A DNA stretch of 64,000 nt from the sequence record PV029541. One strand, given 5' to 3'. The translations under genes were made by a program, and so were the position numbers. Position 1 is the first letter of the stretch. Every line of letters starts with the position of its first letter. The notes under the pieces are model-generated. The model ran no database searches. It worked only from the letters and a program-made list of their open reading frames with translations, and was not told the DNA's origin. Below are positions 58,227-64,000 of this stretch, piece after piece. The stretch comes from Escherichia phage PBM-2.

Positions 58227-58733
58227 TTATTCCTGTTCAAAAAGTTTACGGTCAGCCTGAATCTGTTTACCCAACTCAATTAGTTGGCTGTCACGGAGTC
58301 TAACAGTTGCCCGGAGTTCTTCAACCAAACGTCTGCCTTCTTCAAGACTATTGTCGAGTCTGGCTGCATGGCTTGCAAGACTTCTGCACTCAAGGGTTCC
58401 GGCTTCGGCTTGACGTTTATATACCGATGCTCGTCTTTCAGACTGTTGCATCCGGCTGTCGTAATCACTGCTAACGCGAGCAAGCTCGCTTGCGTAATTA
58501 CTCTCAGCCGTCTGCAACCGGGAAGTGAGTAACCCGACTTCATAACTATGGTTTCTTTGGAGAGCATTGTATTTGTCCTGTAATTTTTGCGTTGCCTTTT
58601 GGTCTTCGACCTTTTGGGCATCCCATTTCTTTTGAACAGTAGACTGCCCATTGGAATTGCCCCAAAAGTAAATGGTGGCCCCAAGGACCACCACCAGAAG
58701 ATAAGGCCAACCTTTAGAGATTAGCATCTTCAT
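58227..58733 (-). CDS. Rz-like i-spanin
   Basis: N-terminal TM helix [16 protein letters not shown] followed by coiled-coil-like periplasmic region; contains embedded Rz1 in the +1 frame; track start 58754, ATG at 58733 preferred. Confidence 0.55.
   Translation of the reverse strand: MKMLISKGWPYLLVVVLGATIYFWGNSNGQSTVQKKWDAQKVEDQKATQKLQDKYNALQRNHSYEVGLLTSRLQTAESNYASELARVSSDYDSRMQQSERRASVYKRQAEAGTLECRSLASHAARLDNSLEEGRRLVEELRATVRLRDSQLIELGKQIQADRKLFEQE
58280..58543 (-). CDS. Rz1-like o-spanin lipoprotein, fully embedded in Rz
   Basis: [32 protein letters not shown]: signal peptide with lipobox TTAGC; Pro-rich mature part; entirely inside the Rz ORF. Confidence 0.55.
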   Translation of the reverse strand: MKSGYSLPGCRRLRVITQASLLALAVITTAGCNSLKDEHRYINVKPKPEPLSAEVLQAMQPDSTIVLKKADVWLKNSGQLLDSVTAN

Positions 58734-59349
58734 TACATGCCTCCAGTGGCACATTGCCTATTCGGTTAGCTACCCAACCATACGTAAAGTCTGGCATGTT
58801 TAATGAGGTATAGTGGTTCAGTTGTTTAGCATCAAGCAGCTTAATCATTACCTGACATGCTGCAACTTTGCCCCGTTTTTTCTGTAATGCTTTATATGCA
58901 TTAACAGTACTTGTACCGACTTTACCATCAACCTGTATTTTAGGGTAGTCTTTGCCATTACGTGACATTTCATTAAGAGACATCTGCAACCACTTAGCAG
59001 GACGGGTTACACCAGTATTAACACCAGCATCTACTAGCTTATGCGTTACAGCAGGAGATATATCAGCGAAGGCTACGAAGTTAGGTTTAAGTACATAGTC
59101 ATCAATGTATATCTCAGCAGCCATCTCTTTAGATAAACCCTTCATAGAACCATCCCAACCATACTCAGTAGCCAGAACTTCTTTATGAGTCTTAGCTACT
59201 GATTGGGTAATACCATGATTAGTTTCCCCACCTGGGTCACGAGGATTGTTTACGTAACCCCCTTCCATATAGAACACTGCCCCCAGAATAGCAGCGACAA
59301 CCCCTCCCACTGCACCACCTTTCGCAGCAAGTTTCTGTTTAGCTTTCAT
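58714..59349 (-). CDS. endolysin, GH108-type muramidase with N-terminal SAR-like signal-anchor
   Basis: EGGYVNNPRDPGGETNHGIT matches the GH108 catalytic motif; N-terminus MKAKQKLAAKGGAVGGVVAAILGAVF is a Gly/Ala-rich weakly hydrophobic helix typical of SAR domains; C-terminal DGKVGTSTVNAYKAL resembles a peptidoglycan-binding motif. Confidence 0.7.
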   Translation of the reverse strand: MKAKQKLAAKGGAVGGVVAAILGAVFYMEGGYVNNPRDPGGETNHGITQSVAKTHKEVLATEYGWDGSMKGLSKEMAAEIYIDDYVLKPNFVAFADISPAVTHKLVDAGVNTGVTRPAKWLQMSLNEMSRNGKDYPKIQVDGKVGTSTVNAYKALQKKRGKVAACQVMIKLLDAKQLNHYTSLNMPDFTYGWVANRIGNVPLEACNEDANL

Positions 59350-59599
59350 GAGAATTTTCCTTTGGACGGAATCGTACTAACCTGCCTATGATATTTAAGG
59401 CAAACAGTACGATTGCAATATTGGAACCATGTGGAATATCTTCCAGGATGTGACGAGGTAACCCTGTCATCATTGGTTGGATAACATCTATAGCGGAAAA
59501 TAAAACTAAACCAAGTGTACTAATCTGAATGGATGCCCACTTCCAACATCTTTTCCAGTTAGGTACTAACTCTACTTTTCTTTTTAGCCTGCGAACCAT
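59339..59599 (-). CDS. putative holin or pinholin (two TM helices)
   Basis: Track ORF extends to 59665; ATG at 59599 gives 86 aa with two hydrophobic helices; immediately upstream of the SAR endolysin. Confidence 0.4.
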   Translation of the reverse strand: MVRRLKRKVELVPNWKRCWKWASIQISTLGLVLFSAIDVIQPMMTGLPRHILEDIPHGSNIAIVLFALNIIGRLVRFRPKENSHES

Positions 59600-59913
59600 G
59601 CGAATATCTCCCGTCTTGCAGCAGCCAATACACCAATAATTGCACCTGCCCCAGCCCACACCCACTTACCAAAAATTCCAGCACCAACGACTTTATGCTT
59701 AATGGTGATGAACTCTTCAATAGTAGGTTCATTCTTAGCTAAGCTATCCTCCACATTTTTCAGTCTATTACCTATGTCATTGATTGAATCCCGTAGTTCT
59801 CCCAGAGTTTCCTCCAGTTTCTCACGGTCCTGTCTGTCCCTTGTCTGGTTCTCAAACAGAGTCTTCAATCGTTCCTCCAGTCTGACTAGAAGCAGTTCAC
59901 CCGATTCATTCAT
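59584..59913 (-). CDS. membrane-anchored coiled-coil protein (possible lysis regulator)
   Basis: N-terminal charged coiled-coil-like region, C-terminal TM segment GAGIFGKWVWAGAGAIIGVLAAA. Confidence 0.35.
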   Translation of the reverse strand: MNESGELLLVRLEERLKTLFENQTRDRQDREKLEETLGELRDSINDIGNRLKNVEDSLAKNEPTIEEFITIKHKVVGAGIFGKWVWAGAGAIIGVLAAARREIFAWFAG

Positions 59914-60092
59914 AAGATTACCGTAGTTATGTAGTTAGGAACCCCAATAGGGTCATATCATAAGATGACCATTAGATAATACTTAATATAATTAAAGGCA
60001 TCCAGGTATAGAATGTAGTCCTACCAAATCCTCAAAACCCACAAGGAGGTAATGAGCCTCCGATGGACTTCGATGACGATATTCCGTTTTGA

Positions 60093-60122
60093 TGATAAAA
60101 CTAACCCCGCCGAAGCGGGGTT
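60093..60122 (-). terminator. intrinsic terminator downstream of tail-fibre gene (approx. coords)
   Basis: 8-bp stem aaccccgc/gcggggtt, CGAA loop; minus-strand RNA continues GUUUUAUC. Confidence 0.45.
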
Positions 60123-60350
60123 TAGTGATTATTGTTAGGAAATATAAGCCGTAATAACCCAAACTACAGTATATGCTAACACTGGTACTAACTAATCCAA
60201 TAGACTAGGTAAGTCCCATGCTCGCCAGTCGAATCCACCCCACCAAGGTATATTGGCGCGCCTCCTGCACCCCACATACCTAACACAATGCCAATTCCGC
60301 TTTGGATAATGACAGCGGCCCCCGCATGTAATAATGGGGAAAATCATGCA

Positions 60351-63029
60351 TTACTTAGCCTCCAGTTTTTTTAATCGCTCTTCAATACGATCACAGCGGC
60401 GTCGCTGATAAGCGGCCTCCAACCAGAAACACTGATCGGGACGAATGCCCCAGCGATTACCGGCAGCTCTAGTAAGTAGGGTATTACCGGTTTCCACTTG
60501 ACGGGTAACTTCGGTATCGACACCATCAATATTAACAGTAACAATCTCATCAACGAACTCAGGTTCATATTCATCTTCCCACTCGTCGTAACAAAGCAGG
60601 CCAAAGGCAGTACCATCCAATCCATGCTTGATGAACGTGTCACGAACCTGTTGGGCAATTACCCCAAAATGCCAACGAGCAGAGTCCTCCCCTTTAGATG
60701 CGATAGAAGCTAACCACTTATAAGTGATCACCTGTACATCGCCCCAGGCATCAAGGATATCATCCGATATTTCAGAAGGATCAGTTTTTTCACGGGAATC
60801 AGACGTATTAATAGTACCAATTGCCGCGAATACTTGAGCCACACGTAATGATGGATTACCTAAATTGTAAGCATTATCTGTGTATGGACGTAGAGATGTA
60901 TCATCTAAACGCCATCGAATAGTGCCACCTAGGGTTGCGGGCGACGGATTAGTAGCAAAACTAATAGTCGTAGCACTCTTAAATAATGAAGAGCCGCCAC
61001 CTAAAATAAGAGAATGTGCAGATGCGGAACTTTGTTGATCGAGGACAAGAATCTGTTCTGCTTCGGTTAAAGTTGTGTTACCGAAAGCTCTGGCAGCGAT
61101 ACGCCCCTGAGTTAAAGACCCAGAGTCAGTATTGTTTAAAGTTAAACGGTAAGTCTCCAAACCAGTAGCCGCAGTAACTACTGTGTAACCGGAGGTGTCA
61201 TAAGTAACACGAACAGTTTTACGGGTAGTTGGCCCGGTCTGATCTATAGAGAAGCTCTGGTTATTCAGGTTGCTAATATGAAGCTCTATCCCGATTGGGT
61301 AGGCAACTCCAGCCAGGTCTGTAAGACCGGTGCTTGATGTATAGATAGTAACTGCCTTCTGCCCGGACAACCGCATAAAGTCCAATACTGCTGACAATGA
61401 AGTCATGGCAATACCGGTCAGAGGGTTATAGAGTACGTCGCCTGCGAGTATTCGTGGATAAACCCCAGAAGCCATCCGAATGGTATCGTAACCTGGGGAT
61501 ACCGTTGTCACCGCAGAAAAATCCAAGTCCGGGAAATTGGAATACTCTTTGGTAATTAGGATTCCATGCGTATACGCATTCGAGGTGGTTCGGTCGTTAT
61601 AGATCCATAAGGTGAACACTTCACCATTTGAATAGCAGATGCCCTCATTCTCTATACGAGAAGTCGTTAAGCCTTTAGCATCCAGGACACTAATAAAACC
61701 AGTAGGAGGAATTACTGCCTCTACCATTTTGTGCCCATCGGTGCTGAACGCTTTTACCCCCTGATAATTAGTAGGCGCTTCTACAGTTGTTCCTGTAATG
61801 TACACACCACCGAATGCCATAATCAAAACACCAGGAGCTAAACAGATTGCTTGTCGCTTAGTTTGAAGTGACCCATAATCAGTAGTAGTTGCCGTGATGT
61901 ATCCAGCGTCATACGGAGAAAATTCCGTGAAGCCAGTTAATGCAAATGCGGAGTTGAAGTACGCAATAGCATTACGTTGGCGGTTAATGCCCAACGCTGG
62001 GATGGCCTGTTCAACTGCCCACATTCCATTGTGGAAGGAGAACTGGTTATACAGACCTACCTGATGCAAGGCTGTATAGCTAATCGTGGTGCCGTAGGTC
62101 ACCGCTGAGATATCAAACTCAGCTAAGTTACCATCGTAAGACCCCAGGAATAACTTAAGTGAACCATAGTAATTGGTTACGATAATCCCTTCGGATACCG
62201 CAGAACCATTTACCCCAGTGCCTCCATTATTAGTCTGGAGATACCCTAAGTATTCACCTTCCCCTGAGTAAACTACAACGAAACGTTCCGTCGCTGCGTT
62301 ATTACTTGGGCCGTATGCAATATAGATTTTGCCATCATCCCCGATACAGAATGACCCTGGATAAATAAACGTCCAGTCAGGGTGTGCCGCCAGAATCGCA
62401 TCGTAATCTGGGAATAGTAATGGCAGGTCAAAACGAATTTCTTTTTTATCTGCGCCCGAATTAGCCCAACGACTACCCAGGACTGTAGACAGTGTTTCCC
62501 CGTTTTTTGCGCCAATTAAATTTGTTCCGGTTGGTTTTGCAATATCGGCGCGCAATGACGCATCACCAACACTAACCCACGCTCCTAATTTAACCTCACC
62601 CGTGCTGTCTGGAGTTGAACCAGCGGGCACTACTTTAGGCAGCTCGCCATCCCAGCGATACTTACCATCGGTAAAGACAACTAATTCATTCTTAGTATTA
62701 ACTGTTACACCGGTATCAAATGAACCAGGCAAGGTCACATACTCTTCACGAGTAACAGCCAATGCACCTAAGTCCACATTACCAGCAGAGTGGACCAATA
62801 CCCCAGCAGTACTAAGACTTACAGCAGTAACCTCAGAACCAAGGTTAGCTGGTAAGGAATATGCTCGCTGAGTTACCTTGTCATAAATAACTTTGTAGCC
62901 ATCGAGTAATGCACCAACTGAGAAGTAAACAACCTCATTCTGCTTAACACCAAACTTACGGGCAATGGCTTGTTTGTTGGTAAGAATACCAGTGGAGCCT
63001 TTACCACCTTGTGAGAACATTTCGTTCAT
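60351..63029 (-). CDS. tail fibre or tailspike with C-terminal intramolecular chaperone (peptidase S74-type) domain
   Basis: 892 aa; C-terminal DAWGDVQVITYKWLASIASKGEDSARWHFGVIAQQVRDTF...RWGIRPDQCFWLEAAYQRRRCDRIEERLKKLE matches the self-cleaving chaperone domain of endosialidase-type fibres. Confidence 0.7.
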   Translation of the reverse strand: MNEMFSQGGKGSTGILTNKQAIARKFGVKQNEVVYFSVGALLDGYKVIYDKVTQRAYSLPANLGSEVTAVSLSTAGVLVHSAGNVDLGALAVTREEYVTLPGSFDTGVTVNTKNELVVFTDGKYRWDGELPKVVPAGSTPDSTGEVKLGAWVSVGDASLRADIAKPTGTNLIGAKNGETLSTVLGSRWANSGADKKEIRFDLPLLFPDYDAILAAHPDWTFIYPGSFCIGDDGKIYIAYGPSNNAATERFVVVYSGEGEYLGYLQTNNGGTGVNGSAVSEGIIVTNYYGSLKLFLGSYDGNLAEFDISAVTYGTTISYTALHQVGLYNQFSFHNGMWAVEQAIPALGINRQRNAIAYFNSAFALTGFTEFSPYDAGYITATTTDYGSLQTKRQAICLAPGVLIMAFGGVYITGTTVEAPTNYQGVKAFSTDGHKMVEAVIPPTGFISVLDAKGLTTSRIENEGICYSNGEVFTLWIYNDRTTSNAYTHGILITKEYSNFPDLDFSAVTTVSPGYDTIRMASGVYPRILAGDVLYNPLTGIAMTSLSAVLDFMRLSGQKAVTIYTSSTGLTDLAGVAYPIGIELHISNLNNQSFSIDQTGPTTRKTVRVTYDTSGYTVVTAATGLETYRLTLNNTDSGSLTQGRIAARAFGNTTLTEAEQILVLDQQSSASAHSLILGGGSSLFKSATTISFATNPSPATLGGTIRWRLDDTSLRPYTDNAYNLGNPSLRVAQVFAAIGTINTSDSREKTDPSEISDDILDAWGDVQVITYKWLASIASKGEDSARWHFGVIAQQVRDTFIKHGLDGTAFGLLCYDEWEDEYEPEFVDEIVTVNIDGVDTEVTRQVETGNTLLTRAAGNRWGIRPDQCFWLEAAYQRRRCDRIEERLKKLEAK

Positions 63030-63213
63030 AAGAACCTCTTTGTTTTTCTGGTTAATGGCGTCCTTGCCGAATATATCCTTATGTACACATTGGAAGATTA
63101 TTTAAATTTTTCCAATTGCCGACGAAGAAATGCACACTTAAGTACGGGAGATTTCTCATAACTAATACCGTATCCACCCCTCCACCAACTTAATGGCAAA
63201 ATGGTTTTGTTTA

Positions 63214-64000
63214 TTACTTCTGTTCAAGAGCAGAAAGTCTGGCTTCGATTCTTTCCAGTTTTCTTCTCTGATAAGCGGCTTCAGCAAAGAAAATTCCGTC
63301 AGGCCGAACACCCCACTCCTCACCCTCTTCATGAATAACCACCTCGGTGTATACAGGTTCTTCCGTAGTAGTGACATTACCCTCCTCGTCAGTATGTTCA
63401 ACGATTTCATTGTGTGAAAATACCGTATCGGTCATCCGTGGATACTTGTCATAGCACAGAACAGCATAACGACAATTCGTACTGTTTTCATCCATCAGAC
63501 CATGTGCAATGAATACATCACGAATTTGTTGAGCAATAACCCCGAAGTGAATACGAGCATCATTACCTTTCAGTTGAACAGCATCTAACCACTGGTACAT
63601 GATGTAGTGAACGTCACCCCAGGCATCCAGGAAAGCATCATCAAAAACTACCGGCTCTGTTTTCTTCTCCCCGTTAGAAGTAACAATAGGGTTACTTCCG
63701 AGGTATGCAGTGGTGAAACGGTTTCTTGGTCCACCAAGCGCAATGACGTTATCGTTATAAGGCTTAACATCAGCACCCTGAAACAGATGTTCATTTCCGT
63801 TGTAAACTATCCTGCGAGAAGCTGTGTTGCTCGCACCGTAAAGCGTAATCTGTGCACCAGTAGAAGAACTGGTTCCGTCTCCCCCGCAAAATATGATGCG
63901 CTGCCCTGCTGGGTTATTAGTCGGTACAGATTTCCCGATAAACCCATACTCACCTTCCATTAAAACTTCAGAGCGAATGTTACTACTGGTGCTGGCTCTA
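63214..64000 (-). CDS. second tail fibre with C-terminal chaperone (S74-type) domain, 5' end beyond window
   Basis: C-terminal DAWGDVHYIMYQWLDAVQLKGNDARIHFGVIAQQIRDVF...EWGVRPDGIFFAEAAYQRRKLERIEARLSALE; reading frame stays open upstream of the first ATG (63960) to the window edge. Confidence 0.6.
   Translation of the reverse strand, partial: RASTSSNIRSEVLMEGEYGFIGKSVPTNNPAGQRIIFCGGDGTSSSTGAQITLYGASNTASRRIVYNGNEHLFQGADVKPYNDNVIALGGPRNRFTTAYLGSNPIVTSNGEKKTEPVVFDDAFLDAWGDVHYIMYQWLDAVQLKGNDARIHFGVIAQQIRDVFIAHGLMDENSTNCRYAVLCYDKYPRMTDTVFSHNEIVEHTDEEGNVTTTEEPVYTEVVIHEEGEEWGVRPDGIFFAEAAYQRRKLERIEARLSALEQK

Noticed and set aside
63162-63417. 82-aa minus-strand and 74-aa plus-strand ORFs overlapping the 3' end of the second tail-fibre gene
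   Set aside because: Both overlap the conserved chaperone-domain coding sequence in other frames; no independent support.
1-64000. Search for CRISPR arrays, integrase or attachment sites, or host flanking genes (prophage or defence-island context)
   Set aside because: No regularly spaced direct repeats, no tyrosine or serine recombinase-like ORF and no bacterial housekeeping genes were seen; the whole window is phage lytic-cycle content.

Overview
The whole window reads as one contiguous segment of an N4-like (Schitoviridae-type) lytic podophage genome; I see no bacterial chromosome, integrase or CRISPR array. Bases 1-35.9 kb are plus-strand early, middle and replication genes: many small early ORFs, a split T7-like RNA polymerase, an Ig-like decoration-type protein, a MoxR-type AAA+ ATPase with a VWA/HExxH partner, dCTP deaminase, a ThyX-like protein, rIIA and a putative rIIB, a Dda-like helicase, family A DNA polymerase, a free-standing HNH-AP2 homing endonuclease, a putative primase and a recombination module ending in a RuvC-like resolvase. 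An ORF-poor, hairpin-dense stretch (about 32.9-34.8 kb) carries two tRNA genes plus tRNA-like fragments, followed by a three-gene islet that includes a DUF2829 (Tad2-like) candidate anti-Thoeris protein. From 35.9 kb to the window end everything is on the minus strand: a giant virion RNA polymerase (about 3450 aa), virion proteins including a transmembrane-rich putative ejection protein, capsid, scaffold and portal candidates, a lysis cassette (SAR-type GH108 endolysin, Rz with fully embedded Rz1, small membrane proteins) and two consecutive tail fibres with C-terminal self-cleaving chaperone domains, the second running off the window edge. CDS coordinates follow the supplied ORF track, with starts adjusted where an internal ATG with an RBS is clearly better. 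Terminator and tRNA coordinates were indexed by hand and are approximate: my indexing disagreed with the track by 1 nt near 48.39 kb. All family assignments rest on motifs read by eye and recalled from memory, not on database searches.
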